From an uncultured Actinomycetota bacterium (GTDB lineage: Bacteria > Actinomycetota > Actinomycetes > Actinomycetales > CAWJMD01): 64,000 bases of DNA. The stretch's first letter is position 1. Each line of letters starts with the position of its first letter. The notes below the pieces were generated by a model. The model saw only the letters and a program-made list of their open reading frames with translations. It did no database searches and was not told the origin of the DNA. Positions 50,026 through 59,764 of this stretch are shown here, in pieces. The position numbers and the translations under genes are program-made. The stretch spans positions 1,036,706 to 1,100,705 of the forward strand of contig CAWJMD010000008.1 in assembly GCA_963843835.1 (NCBI GenBank), given 5' to 3'.

Positions 50026-51389
50026 GACGGCAGGACCACGCCCGGACGCAGGTCGTCGACGGGCGGGACCCACGCGCCCGGGTCGGCGTCGACCTGGTCG
50101 CCCGAGCGGATGTCCTTCACCTGGTGCCCCTCCGGCGAGCCGCCAGCCGGCGGGAACCACACGAACGGGATACCGCGACGGTCGGCGAACCGGATCTGCT
50201 TGCCGAACCTGTCGGCGCGCGGGGCGACCTCGGTCGGCACGCCGCGCGACCGCAGCGAGGCGGCCACCTGCTCCGCGTGCGAGCGGAGGTCCTCGTCGAC
50301 GAGGGCGACGAGGACGGCTGTCGGCACCGAGCGGGACGCGGTCAGCCCGCGCGCGAACACGAGCCCGAGCACGCGCGTCAGGCCGAACGAGATGCCCACG
50401 CCCGGGTAGGTCGTGCGGCCGTCGCTGGCCAGGGCGTCGTAGCGTCCGCCTGAGCACGCCGAGCCGTACTGCTCGTAGCCCTCCATCGTCGTCTCGTAGA
50501 CGGTGCCCGTGTAGTAGTCGAGACCTCTCGCGATCGAGAGGTCGGCCACGAGCGCCCCGGGACGACGGCGAGCCGCCGCGTCCACCACCGCCGTGAGCTC
50601 CGTGAGCCCCTCGTCGAGCAGGGGGTGGCTCACCTCGTAGGCGTCGGCCAGCTTGCGCACGTCGTCCGCGAAGCTGCCGTCGGCTGAACGGATCCGGGCG
50701 AGGGCCAGGCACGCCGCAGCCTGGTCCTGCGTGCCGCCGACGCCGACCAGCAGGGCGGTCACGGCCTCGGGTCCCGCCTTGTCCAGCTTGTCGACGGCCC
50801 GCAGCACCGCGTCCGGGTCGTGGAGTCCGAGGCCGCGGTAGAAGCCCTCAGCGAGCTTGCGGTTGTTGACCCGGATGGTCATCGGCGGAAGCCCGAGGCG
50901 GCGCAGGCCCTCGAACGCCTCGGCCATCACCAGCGGCAGCTCGACCTCGTAGTGGAACGGCAGCGTGTCGCGGTCGACGACGTCGATGTCGGCCTGCGAG
51001 AACTCTCGGTAGCGGCCCTCCTGAGGTCGCTCCCCCCGCCACACCTTCTGGATCTGGTAGCGGCGGAACGGGAACTGCAGCGTGCCCGCGTTCTCCAGGA
51101 CGTAGCGCGCGAACGGCACGGTCAGGTCGAAGTGCAGGGCGAGGTCGCTGGACGGGTCCACCGCGGCCCGCGGCTCGTCGTCACCGGCGAGGCGGTGGAC
51201 CCCGTAGACCTCCTTGTCGATCTCGCCCTTGCGCAGGAGCTGGCCCACGGTCTCGACGGCGCGTGTCTCGAGGCTCGCGAAGCCGTGCAGCTCGAACACC
51301 CGCCGCAGCTCGTCGATGACCTGCTGCTCGACGTTGCGCTGCGCCGGGCTCCACTCGGGGAAGCCGGAGATCGGTGTGACGCGGGCCAT
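50022..51389 (-). CDS. hisS: Histidine--tRNA ligase
   Basis: 455 aa: ...ISGFPEWSP...FRRYQIQKVWRGERPQEGRYREFSQADID...GGRYDAL.... Confidence 0.95.
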   Translation of the reverse strand: MARVTPISGFPEWSPAQRNVEQQVIDELRRVFELHGFASLETRAVETVGQLLRKGEIDKEVYGVHRLAGDDEPRAAVDPSSDLALHFDLTVPFARYVLENAGTLQFPFRRYQIQKVWRGERPQEGRYREFSQADIDVVDRDTLPFHYEVELPLVMAEAFEGLRRLGLPPMTIRVNNRKLAEGFYRGLGLHDPDAVLRAVDKLDKAGPEAVTALLVGVGGTQDQAAACLALARIRSADGSFADDVRKLADAYEVSHPLLDEGLTELTAVVDAAARRRPGALVADLSIARGLDYYTGTVYETTMEGYEQYGSACSGGRYDALASDGRTTYPGVGISFGLTRVLGLVFARGLTASRSVPTAVLVALVDEDLRSHAEQVAASLRSRGVPTEVAPRADRFGKQIRFADRRGIPFVWFPPAGGSPEGHQVKDIRSGDQVDADPGAWVPPVDDLRPGVVLPS

Positions 51390-52105
51390 CAGCCGGCCAC
51401 CTCGAGGAGATAGGGGTTGGTCGCCCTCTCGCGGACGATGGTCGTCGCCGGGCCGTGCCCGGGCAGGACGAGCGTGTCGTCGGGCATCGGCAGCACGACC
51501 TCGCGAAGGGACCTCAGCATGGCCTCGTGCGAACCGCCCGGCAGGTCGGTGCGGCCGATGCTCCCGGCGAACAGGACGTCCCCGACCAGCGACGTCGCGG
51601 TCGGTCGGCCGGGCTCCCCGGGGTCACCGGCGAGGGAGTCCGGCACGTCGTCGAGGCCGAAGAGGACCGAGCCCTCGGTGTGTCCGGGCGCGTGACGCAC
51701 CGTGATCGCCAGGCCGGCGACCTCGATGCGCTGCTCGTCGTGCACGTGACGGACGTCGGACGGCTCGACCCACTTCGCGCTCTGCCCGAACTGCTGCTCG
51801 AGCATGGCGATCAGGGACGGGTCGAGCGTCGCGAGGGGATCCGCCAGCCGGTAGCCGTCGTCCGCGTGCACCAGTGCGGGCACGCCGTGCCCTTCGCACA
51901 CGGGCGTCACCGAGTAGACGTGGTCCATGTGGCCGTGCGTCAGGAGCACGGCCGCCGGGCGGAGGCGGTGCTTCGTGAGCACGGCCGCGAGGTCGTCGAG
52001 CACGCCCACACCGGGGTCGACCACGACGCACTCCTCGCCCTCCGCGGGGGCGACGACGTAGCAGTTGGTGGCGAACGCGGCGGCGGGGAAGGAGGACAGA
52101 AGCAC
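51389..52105 (-). CDS. MBL-fold hydrolase (glyoxalase II-like)
   Basis: 238 aa with a GTG start: ...LLTHGHMDHV... (HxHxDH), ...HAPGHTEGS..., ...GDVLFAGSIGRTD.... 1-nt overlap with the hisS start. Confidence 0.85.
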   Translation of the reverse strand: MLLSSFPAAAFATNCYVVAPAEGEECVVVDPGVGVLDDLAAVLTKHRLRPAAVLLTHGHMDHVYSVTPVCEGHGVPALVHADDGYRLADPLATLDPSLIAMLEQQFGQSAKWVEPSDVRHVHDEQRIEVAGLAITVRHAPGHTEGSVLFGLDDVPDSLAGDPGEPGRPTATSLVGDVLFAGSIGRTDLPGGSHEAMLRSLREVVLPMPDDTLVLPGHGPATTIVRERATNPYLLEVAG

Positions 52106-52245
52106 GGCGCGAGCCTACCGGCGCGTCGTACGGCGCCCACCCGCCCTGCGCGTCCGGCCACGGCGCATAGACTCGGCGCGCGAGTCACCCACCACCGGGC
52201 GCCCAACCACGGCGTTCCGGTCACCAGGACCTGGGAGGGTTCCAC

Positions 52246-53049
52246 GTGTCGCCGAGCAAGCGGGAGCGAGAGTACGCACGACGCCGGTACTCCGACTGGC
52301 AGCAGCGCCAGGCGGAGAAGGCGCTCAGGCGACGTCGGATGCGGATGGTCCTGGCGGCCCTCGCCGTCGTGATGGTCCCCGTCCTGGTCTTCGGGCTGAT
52401 GTGGTGGCTCGACCGCGACAGCACCACGACCGCGGCCGCAGACCCGGCCGCGACCCAGAGCACGGACGACCCGGGCAACCCGTGTCCCCCCGTCGAGGCG
52501 ACCCCGCCGGCCGAGCCGCAGCAGTTCGCGGCCGCCCCGGACCCCGCCGTGGCGGAGGGCCGGACCTGGACGGCGACGATCGCCACCACGTGCGGCGACA
52601 TCGTGGTCGAGCTGGACGGCGCGGCCGCGCCTCAGGCCGTCGCCAACTTCGTGCAGCTCTCCCGCGACGCCTTCTACAGTTCCACGCCCTGCCATCGCCT
52701 GACCACGACCGGCATCTTCGTGCTCCAGTGCGGCGACCCGACGGGCACCGGCCAGGGCGGCCCCGGATACACCTGGGGTCCGATCGAGAACGCTCCGGTC
52801 GACGACGTGTACCCCGCCGGGACCCTGGCCATGGCCCGAGTGGGCGACCAGGCCGACAGCCAGGGCAGCCAGTTCTTCCTCGTCTACGAGGACTCCACCA
52901 TCCCCTCCGACTCCGCCGGCGGCTACACCGTCTTCGGCAAGATCACCGAGGGCCTCGACATCGTCCAGCAGATCGCCGACGGAGGTCTGGCCGAGGACGG
53001 CACCGCGCCCAAGCGGGCCGTCAGCATCGAGGAGGTGACCGTCAGTTGA
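52246..53049 (+). CDS. ppiB: Membrane-anchored cyclophilin-type peptidyl-prolyl cis-trans isomerase
   Basis: 267 aa with a GTG start after GGGAGGG. TM helix MRMVLAALAVVMVPVLVFGLMWW, and a cyclophilin core: ...FHRLTT-like CHRLTTTGIFVLQCGDPTGTGQGGPGY...GTLAMAR...GSQFFLVY.... Confidence 0.88.
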   Translation: MSPSKREREYARRRYSDWQQRQAEKALRRRRMRMVLAALAVVMVPVLVFGLMWWLDRDSTTTAAADPAATQSTDDPGNPCPPVEATPPAEPQQFAAAPDPAVAEGRTWTATIATTCGDIVVELDGAAAPQAVANFVQLSRDAFYSSTPCHRLTTTGIFVLQCGDPTGTGQGGPGYTWGPIENAPVDDVYPAGTLAMARVGDQADSQGSQFFLVYEDSTIPSDSAGGYTVFGKITEGLDIVQQIADGGLAEDGTAPKRAVSIEEVTVS

Positions 53050-54701
53050 GCGAGCAGACGCCCACCGAGCCGGCGACGGAGTCGACGGAGCCGACGCCTG
53101 CCGTCGAGCAGGCACCCGTTCCCGACCCGGCCCCGGAGCCCGCGGCGGCCCCCGAGCCAGCAGCGGCCCCCGAGTCAGCAGCGCCTGCCACTGAGTCAGC
53201 AGCGTCCAGCACCGGGACCGAGGCGGCAGCGCCCAGCACCGAGACCGAGGCGGCAGCGCCCGCCGCCGAGACGGCCCCGACTTCTCCCGCTCCGACCGCG
53301 CCCGCCCCGGCCTCCCCTGCTGCCCGGCCGAGCCCGGGCCCCCGCCCTACTCCGCGGCCCGGCCCGCGCCCGGGGGCCCCTCGCCAGCGGACGCGCAAGG
53401 CCGCGCCCGCCACGGTCCGCGAGGAGCCGGTCGTCACCGTCCGGCCACCGAGCGACCCCGCGCCCTGGGGCAGGGTCGCGGACGACGGCACGGTCTACGT
53501 GAAGACCGCCGACGGCGAGCGACCGGTCGGTTCGTACCCCGACACCACGTCGGACGAGGCCCTCGCGTACTTCGGCCGCAAGTACGACGACCTCGTCGCG
53601 CAGGTCGACCTGGCCGAGCAGCGGCTGCAGGTACCCGGCGCGGCGGTCAAGGACGTGGTGAAGGGCCTGGACGCCGTCCGCTCCCAGCTCGCCGACGCAG
53701 CGGTCGTCGGCGACCTCGAGGGGCTGGCGACGCGCATCGCCGGCCTCGACGAGGCGGTGGCGGTGCGCCGCAAGGAGATCGAGAAGGCCCGCGCGGCGGC
53801 CAAGGAGGAGTCGCGCGTGGCTCGCCTGGCCCTGGTGGAGGAGGCCGAGGCGATCGCCGCGACCGATCCCGCACGTCTCCAGTGGAAGTCGTCCGGCGAG
53901 CGGATGCAGGCCCTGTTCGAGGCGTGGAAGACCGCCCAACGGTCCGGCGCCCGACTCGACAAGCCGGTCGAGGAGGAGCTGTGGAGACGGTTCAGCCACT
54001 CCCGCACCGCCTTCGACCGTGCCCGCAAGCACCACTTCGCGCAGCTCAACGCCGAGCACGGTGAGGCGAAGTCGAAGAAGGAGAAGCTGGTCAAGGAGGC
54101 CGAGGCTCTCGCGACCTCCCGCGACTGGGGCGCGACCGCCGCCGCCTTCCGCGGCCTGATGGACCGCTGGCGGGCCGCCGGCCGAGCGGGCCGCAAGGAC
54201 GACGACGCCCTGTGGTCTCGGTTCCGGGCGGCGCAGGACACCTTCTTCGAGGCACGCAACGCGGACCTCGCGGTCCAGGACGCCGAGTTCGCAGCCAACC
54301 TCGAGGTCAAGGAGAAGCTCCTGGCCGAGGCCGAGGCCCTGCTGCCGGTGAAGGACCTCGAGGCGGCCAAGACCGCGCTGCGCTCCGTGCAGGACCGGTG
54401 GGATGCCGCCGGGAAGGTGCCGCGGGCCGACCTCGGCCGGATCGAGAAGCGGATGCGTTCCGTCGAGCAGGCGGTCCGCGACGTCGACGACGCGAAGTGG
54501 AAGCGGTCCAACCCCGAGACGAAGGCGCGGGCCGACAGCGCCCTCGGCCAGCTGGAGGAGTCGATCGCCGGGCTGGAGCGCGAGCTGGAGTCCGCCCAGG
54601 AGTCCGGGGACGCGCGCGGTGTCAAGGACGCCGAGCAGGCGCTGCAGGCACGCCGGTCCTGGCTCGAGCAGGTGCGCAAGGCGGCCGACGACTTCTCCTG
54701 A
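53046..54701 (+). CDS. DUF349-family protein with low-complexity Pro/Ala/Glu/Thr N-terminus
   Basis: Tentative TTG start at 53046 overlapping the PPIase stop. The conserved core begins ...PSDPAPWGRVADDGTVYVKTADGERPVGSYP...EALAYFGRKYDDL..., followed by repeated helical DUF349 units (...WKTAQRSGARLDKPVEEELWRRF..., ...[20 protein letters not shown]..., ...RWDAAGKVPRADL...). Confidence 0.75.
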   Translation: MSEQTPTEPATESTEPTPAVEQAPVPDPAPEPAAAPEPAAAPESAAPATESAASSTGTEAAAPSTETEAAAPAAETAPTSPAPTAPAPASPAARPSPGPRPTPRPGPRPGAPRQRTRKAAPATVREEPVVTVRPPSDPAPWGRVADDGTVYVKTADGERPVGSYPDTTSDEALAYFGRKYDDLVAQVDLAEQRLQVPGAAVKDVVKGLDAVRSQLADAAVVGDLEGLATRIAGLDEAVAVRRKEIEKARAAAKEESRVARLALVEEAEAIAATDPARLQWKSSGERMQALFEAWKTAQRSGARLDKPVEEELWRRFSHSRTAFDRARKHHFAQLNAEHGEAKSKKEKLVKEAEALATSRDWGATAAAFRGLMDRWRAAGRAGRKDDDALWSRFRAAQDTFFEARNADLAVQDAEFAANLEVKEKLLAEAEALLPVKDLEAAKTALRSVQDRWDAAGKVPRADLGRIEKRMRSVEQAVRDVDDAKWKRSNPETKARADSALGQLEESIAGLERELESAQESGDARGVKDAEQALQARRSWLEQVRKAADDFS

Positions 54702-54755
54702 GGCCGGACGGGCACGACCGTCCCCGGCGTGCCCGGACCACCCACCCACCCCCAC

Positions 54756-54773
54756 CCGTCCGTCCGTCCGTCC
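54756..54773. repeat. Short tetranucleotide microsatellite (CCGT)x4, preceded by a (CCCA)-rich run
   Basis: accacccacccacccccaccCGTCCGTCCGTCCGTCCac, in the DUF349 / AbiEi-like intergenic region. Confidence 0.8.
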
Positions 54774-54855
54774 ACAGGCTCGGCGCACGGTCCCCGTCGT
54801 CCACACCGGTCGACCGGGCCTGGTCCGCGCTCCCGTCCGCGTCCACCGTGGCAGC

Positions 54856-55590
54856 GTGTCCTCTGCTCCATGCCCGGACGACCGCCGCGACGGGCTCGCC
54901 TGGCTCTTCTCCACCCCGGCAACCGTCCTCGAACCGGTCCTGCCCGGCCCCGGACAGGACCGCGCCACCCTCGAGCGGTGGCACGCGGAAGGCCTGCTCA
55001 GCGCGGTGGCGGGCGGCGTGTACCTGGCGCTCCCCTGGGCCGGCCTGCCGGTCGCCCGCTGCGGGGCTTTGCGCACGCTCCTGCGGTCCGGCGCGGTCGT
55101 GGCGATGTCGTCGGCCGTGTGGGCCAGGGGCGGGCCCGGACGTCGCCCGCTGTCGTCGACCGAGACCAGCCGCGGCGCCCGGGACCGTGACGACCACCAG
55201 GTCGACCTGCTGCTGCCTGCCTGCGCCGGGCGGGTACGTCCTCGCGAAGGGGTGCGCACGCGCCAGCTCGCCTTCGGCCCGGCGGACGTCGAGCACCGGC
55301 ACGGCGTGCCACTGACACAGCCGGTCCGCACCGCGGTCGACCTGGTCATGTGGGGTACGGACCGTGACCAGGACGCGCTCGACTGGCTGTGGGCTCACGA
55401 GGTCACGACCCGTCAGGTCCGTGACGACCTGAGCCGGCGCGCCACCTCCCCGTGGACCTTCCGCGGCCTCGAGGTCCTCGCACGCGTCAGGCGGGGCGAG
55501 GACGCTCCGCTGGCCGCGGTACCGTTGACCGACCCGGTCACGGTCTGGGCTGACGGCCGAGATGCCCTCAGTCCGAACGTTTCCCGGTGA
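54856..55590 (+). CDS. AbiEi-like / DUF-type hypothetical protein (orphan; start uncertain)
   Basis: High GC3 in this frame. ...[24 protein letters not shown]...[15 protein letters not shown]...[33 protein letters not shown]... matches the pattern of actinobacterial AbiEi_4-N-domain proteins (GvY...shrsAA..G...v.vhr..l...dv...g.pvT.p.RT..Dl). The GTG at 54856 is the only in-frame start upstream of these motifs. Confidence 0.5.
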   Translation: MSSAPCPDDRRDGLAWLFSTPATVLEPVLPGPGQDRATLERWHAEGLLSAVAGGVYLALPWAGLPVARCGALRTLLRSGAVVAMSSAVWARGGPGRRPLSSTETSRGARDRDDHQVDLLLPACAGRVRPREGVRTRQLAFGPADVEHRHGVPLTQPVRTAVDLVMWGTDRDQDALDWLWAHEVTTRQVRDDLSRRATSPWTFRGLEVLARVRRGEDAPLAAVPLTDPVTVWADGRDALSPNVSR

Positions 55591-57952
55591 TCCGGTAGAC
55601 GTCGAAGACACCCTCGACCCGCTTCACCGCGGCGAGAACATGACCGAGGTGGCCGGGGTCGCCCATCTCGAACACGAACTTCGAGACCGCGACCCGGTCG
55701 CGGTTCGTGCTCACGGACGCCGAGAGGATGTTCACGTGGTTGTCCGACAGGACGCGCGTGACGTCCGAGAGGAGCCGCGCGCGGTCGAGCGCCTCGACCT
55801 GGATCTGCACGAGGAAGACGCTGGCGGCCCCCACCGACCACTCGACCTCGACCATGCGACCTTCCTGACTCATCAGGCCGGCCGCGTTGTGGCAGTCCTT
55901 CACGTGCACGGACACGCCGTGCCCGCGGGTGACGAAGCCGATGATGGGGTCGCCCGGCACCGGGGTGCAGCACTTGGCCAGCTTGACCCAGATGTCGTCG
56001 ACGCCCTTGACCACGACTCCTGGATCGCCCGACCGGGGCCGGCGCTGCGGGACCGTCGAGGGGATGGTCGCCTCGGCCAGGTCCTCCTCGGCCCCGTCGG
56101 CGCCGCCCATGGCCGCGACCAGCTTGTCCACGATGCTCGCCGCCGACACGTGCCCCTCACCGACGGCGGCGTACAGCGCCGACACGTCGGCATAGCGCAG
56201 CTCGGTGGCCAGCCCCACCAGCGACTCGTGGCTCATCAGGCGCTGGATGGGCAGACCCTGCTTGCGCATGGCCTTGGCGATGTGGTCCTTGCCCTGTTCG
56301 ATCGCCTCCTCGCGGCGCTCCTTCGAGAACCACTGGCGGATCTTGTTGCGGGCGCGCGGGCTCTTGACGAACGTCAGCCAGTCCCGACTCGGTCCGGCAT
56401 CGGCGACCTTGGACGTGAAGACCTCGACCACGTCACCGTTGTCGAGCGACGACTCCAGGGCCACGAGGCGGCCGTTGACCCGCGCACCCATCGTGCGGTG
56501 CCCGACCTCCGTGTGCACCGCGTACGCGAAGTCGACGGGTGTCGAGTCAGCGGGCAGGGCGACCACGTCGCCCTTCGGCGTGAACACGTAGACCTCGCGT
56601 CCACCGATCTCGAACCGCAACGAGTCGAGGAACTCCCCCGGGTCCGCCGTCTCCCGCTGCCAGTCGAGAAGCTGTCGCAGCCAGGCCATCTCGTTGGCGT
56701 TCGCGGTGTCGCCGGCCTCCGTCGAGGCGCCCTTGTTCGCGGCGTCCTTGTACTTCCAGTGCGCGGCGACGCCCAGCTCGGCCCGCCGGTGCATCAGGTG
56801 GGTGCGGATCTGCACCTCGACCGGCTTGCCGCCCGGCCCGATCACCGTCGTGTGCAGGGACTGGTACATGTTGAACTTGGGCATCGCGATGTAGTCCTTG
56901 AACCGCCCCGGCACCGGGTTCCAGCGCGCGTGCAGCGCACCCAGCACGGCGTAGCAGTCGCGCACCGTGTCGACGAGGACGCGGACGCCGACCAGGTCGT
57001 AGATGTCGGCGAAGTCGCGGCCCCGTACGATCATCTTCTGGTAGACGGAGTAGTAGTGCTTCGGTCGACCCGTGACGGTGGCCTTGATCTTGGCGCCCCG
57101 CAGGTCGTCGCGGATGTTGTCGCGCACGACCGCCAGGTACTCCTCGCGGGCCGGGGCGCGGTCGGCGACCAGGCGGACGATCTCGTCGTAGACGCCCGGG
57201 TAGAGGGTCGCGAACGACAGGTCCTCGAGCTCCCACTTGATCGTGTTCATCCCGAGCCGGTGCGCCAGGGGCGCGTAGATCTCTAGCGTCTCGCGGGCCT
57301 TGCGCTCCGCGGAGGCCTGCGACACGTACTTCCACGTGCGGGCGTTGTGCAGGCGGTCGGCCAGCTTGATCAGCAGCACCCGGATGTCGCGGGCCATCGC
57401 GACGACCATCTTGCGGACGGTCTCCGCCTGCGCCGCGTCGCCGTACGCCACCTTGTCGAGCTTGGTGACGCCGTCGACCAGCATCGCGACCTCGTCGCCG
57501 AACTCCTTGCGGAGGGCGTCGAGCCCGTAGTCGGTGTCCTCGACCGTGTCGTGCAGCAGGGCTGCGGCCAGGGTCGGCACGGTCATCCCGAGCTCGGCGA
57601 GGATGGTCGCCACCGCCACCGGGTGCGTGATGTACGGGTCGCCGCTCTTGCGGCGCTGACCGCGGTGGGCCCTCTCGGCGACCTCGTAGGCCCGCTCCAG
57701 TACCGCGGTGTCGGACTTCGGGTGGTTGGCGCGGACCGAGCGGAGCAGCGGCTCCAGCACCGGCGAGGTGGACGCGCTCCGGTTGCCGAAGCGAGCGATC
57801 CTGGCCCGCAGCCCGACCGGACCGGTCTCTCCCGGACGCAGCGTCGGAAGGCCGGCGGGAAGGGTGTCCTCCGCGGGGCCGGCGTCCGTCACCGCCTGGG
57901 CAGCAGCGGACCCGGTCACGGGGACGTCCACGTCCTTGCTCACCGGAACCAC
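55568..57952 (-). CDS. relA: Bifunctional (p)ppGpp synthetase/hydrolase RelA/SpoT homolog
   Basis: 794 aa with an HD domain (...YITHPVAVA...HDTVEDT...), a synthetase domain (...YQSLHTTV...EVQIRT...), and TGS and ACT domains. The GTG at 57943 (8 nt after GGAGG) is an equally good start. Confidence 0.95.
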   Translation of the reverse strand: MVPVSKDVDVPVTGSAAAQAVTDAGPAEDTLPAGLPTLRPGETGPVGLRARIARFGNRSASTSPVLEPLLRSVRANHPKSDTAVLERAYEVAERAHRGQRRKSGDPYITHPVAVATILAELGMTVPTLAAALLHDTVEDTDYGLDALRKEFGDEVAMLVDGVTKLDKVAYGDAAQAETVRKMVVAMARDIRVLLIKLADRLHNARTWKYVSQASAERKARETLEIYAPLAHRLGMNTIKWELEDLSFATLYPGVYDEIVRLVADRAPAREEYLAVVRDNIRDDLRGAKIKATVTGRPKHYYSVYQKMIVRGRDFADIYDLVGVRVLVDTVRDCYAVLGALHARWNPVPGRFKDYIAMPKFNMYQSLHTTVIGPGGKPVEVQIRTHLMHRRAELGVAAHWKYKDAANKGASTEAGDTANANEMAWLRQLLDWQRETADPGEFLDSLRFEIGGREVYVFTPKGDVVALPADSTPVDFAYAVHTEVGHRTMGARVNGRLVALESSLDNGDVVEVFTSKVADAGPSRDWLTFVKSPRARNKIRQWFSKERREEAIEQGKDHIAKAMRKQGLPIQRLMSHESLVGLATELRYADVSALYAAVGEGHVSAASIVDKLVAAMGGADGAEEDLAEATIPSTVPQRRPRSGDPGVVVKGVDDIWVKLAKCCTPVPGDPIIGFVTRGHGVSVHVKDCHNAAGLMSQEGRMVEVEWSVGAASVFLVQIQVEALDRARLLSDVTRVLSDNHVNILSASVSTNRDRVAVSKFVFEMGDPGHLGHVLAAVKRVEGVFDVYRITGKRSD

Positions 57953-58010
57953 CTCCTGCCGTCGGCGTCCAGTCTAAGCGTCGGTGGTGTGAGCACCCGA
58001 CGCCGTGGGT

Positions 58011-58589
58011 TCACAGGACCGCGAGGGATCGGACGTCACGGCCGGCCAGGAGCTCACGGCCGTCCAGGAAACCGAGCTCGAGCAGGCAGACGACGGCCAC
58101 GACGTGAGCTCCGCCCGCCTCCACGAGGTCGCACGTGGCCTTCGCCGTCCCGCCCGTGGCCAGGAGGTCGTCGACCACGGCGACGCGCTGCCCCGCGGTG
58201 AAGGCGTCCAGGTGCACCTCGATCTGCGCGCTGCCGTACTCGAGGCCGTAGGACGCCGAGCGGGTGGTGTTGGGCAGCTTGCCGGCCTTGCGGACGGGGA
58301 CGAACCCGGTGCGGGCACTCAACGCCATCGGCGCACCGAGGACGAACCCGCGTGCCTCGACGCCCGCGATGACGTCGATCTCGCCGTCGTCGAGCAGGGC
58401 GCTCATCCCCTCCACGGCGGCCCGCAGCCCGGCGGCGTCGGCGAGGACCGGCGTGATGTCCTTGAAGACGATTCCCGGGCTGGGGAAGTCGTTGACGTCC
58501 CGCACCAACGACAGCACCAGGTCACGACGAGCCTGCTGCTCAGGCCCCTCGGCGAGGGCGTGGCCCGGGCCTGCCGGGGACGCGCTCAC
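58011..58589 (-). CDS. apt: Adenine phosphoribosyltransferase
   Basis: 192 aa from the GTG at 58589 (1 nt after the secF stop): ...FPSPGIVFKDITPVL...IAGVEARGF...VAVVDDLLATGGTA.... Confidence 0.88.
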   Translation of the reverse strand: MSASPAGPGHALAEGPEQQARRDLVLSLVRDVNDFPSPGIVFKDITPVLADAAGLRAAVEGMSALLDDGEIDVIAGVEARGFVLGAPMALSARTGFVPVRKAGKLPNTTRSASYGLEYGSAQIEVHLDAFTAGQRVAVVDDLLATGGTAKATCDLVEAGGAHVVAVVCLLELGFLDGRELLAGRDVRSLAVL

Positions 58590-58590
58590 G

Positions 58591-59763
58591 TCAGCGCTTC
58601 CGCTTGCGCTGGGACCGCTTGGGCTGGTTCCGCGGTCCGGTGGGCCCCGCGGGGCGGACGGGCCGGGTGGGGGTCGACTGGCGTGTCGGCTGGCCACCGG
58701 CCGGCGCGGCACCCGCCGTGACCAGGTCGTCCGACGCCGGCTCCGCACCGCTCGCCTCCGCGTCGGTTGCGGCGGCCCGAGCGGCGGCGGCGCGAGCCTT
58801 GGCCACGCGCACCTCCTGCTGCTGGATGGCCGGCTCGCGGCGACGCAGGGTGACCAGCAGCGCCGGAGCGATGAACACCGACGAGTACGCCCCCGCGAAG
58901 ACACCGATGAGCAGCGCCAGGGAGATGTCCTTCAGGGTGCCCGCGCCGAGCAGGAAGGCGCCGATGAACAGGATCGACCCGATCGGCAGCAGGGCAACGA
59001 CCGTCGTGTTGATGGACCGCACCAGTGTCTGGTTGACGGCGAGGTTGACGGCCTCGCCGTACGTGCGTCGCGTGCTCGCCATCACGTGCGCAGTGTTCTC
59101 GCGGACCTTGTCGAACACGACGACCGTGTCGTAGAGCGAGTAGCCGAGGATGGTCAGGAAGCCGATCACCGTGGCCGGGGTGACCTCGAAGCCGGTGAGG
59201 GCGTAGATGCCTGCCGTGACCATCAGATCGTGCAGCAGGGCGACCACCGCCGCCGCCGCCATCTGCCATGCCCGGAAGTAGAGGGCGATCACCAGCGACA
59301 CGAGGATGAGGAAGGTGATCAGGCCCGTGAGGGCCTTCTCGGTCACGTCCGCTCCCCACGACGCCCCGACGAATGACGACGTCACCGCCGAGGGATCGAC
59401 GCCGTAACCGGTCGCCAGCTCGTCGCGGAGCTGGTTGGTCTCGTCGTCCGTCAGACGCTCGGTCTGGACCCGGATGCCGTCGCTGCCGACCACCGACACG
59501 CGCGGCGTCTCGCCGGCGGGGAAGGCCCGCGTGACGATGTCGTTGGCGATGCTCTGGTCCGTCGTCGAGACGCCGGCGATGCGGAACTCGGACCCGCCGC
59601 GGAACTCGATGCCGGGGTTGATGCCCTTGAGCGTCAGCACCAGCACGGAGCCGATGATGAGGACGATCCCGAGCGTGAACCAGTACCTGGCCTTGCCGAC
59701 GAAGTCGAAGGACCGCTTCCCGGTGTAGAGGTCGTTGCCGAACCTGGCGAAGCTGAACGCCAT
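58591..59763 (-). CDS. secF: Protein translocase subunit SecF (with basic/Ala-rich C-terminal tail)
   Basis: 390 aa: ...GINPGIEFRGGSEF...TILGYSLYDTVVVFDKVREN.... Confidence 0.93.
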   Translation of the reverse strand: MAFSFARFGNDLYTGKRSFDFVGKARYWFTLGIVLIIGSVLVLTLKGINPGIEFRGGSEFRIAGVSTTDQSIANDIVTRAFPAGETPRVSVVGSDGIRVQTERLTDDETNQLRDELATGYGVDPSAVTSSFVGASWGADVTEKALTGLITFLILVSLVIALYFRAWQMAAAAVVALLHDLMVTAGIYALTGFEVTPATVIGFLTILGYSLYDTVVVFDKVRENTAHVMASTRRTYGEAVNLAVNQTLVRSINTTVVALLPIGSILFIGAFLLGAGTLKDISLALLIGVFAGAYSSVFIAPALLVTLRRREPAIQQQEVRVAKARAAAARAAATDAEASGAEPASDDLVTAGAAPAGGQPTRQSTPTRPVRPAGPTGPRNQPKRSQRKRKR

Positions 59764-59764
59764 C

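Noticed and set aside
54622-55611. Minus-strand 329-aa ORF as the real gene in the DUF349-relA gap
   Set aside because: Its translation is Arg/Pro/Gly-rich with no motif, and it overlaps the relA 3' end in the same direction. The plus-strand frame has high GC3 and the AbiEi-like motif pattern. Confidence in either remains modest.
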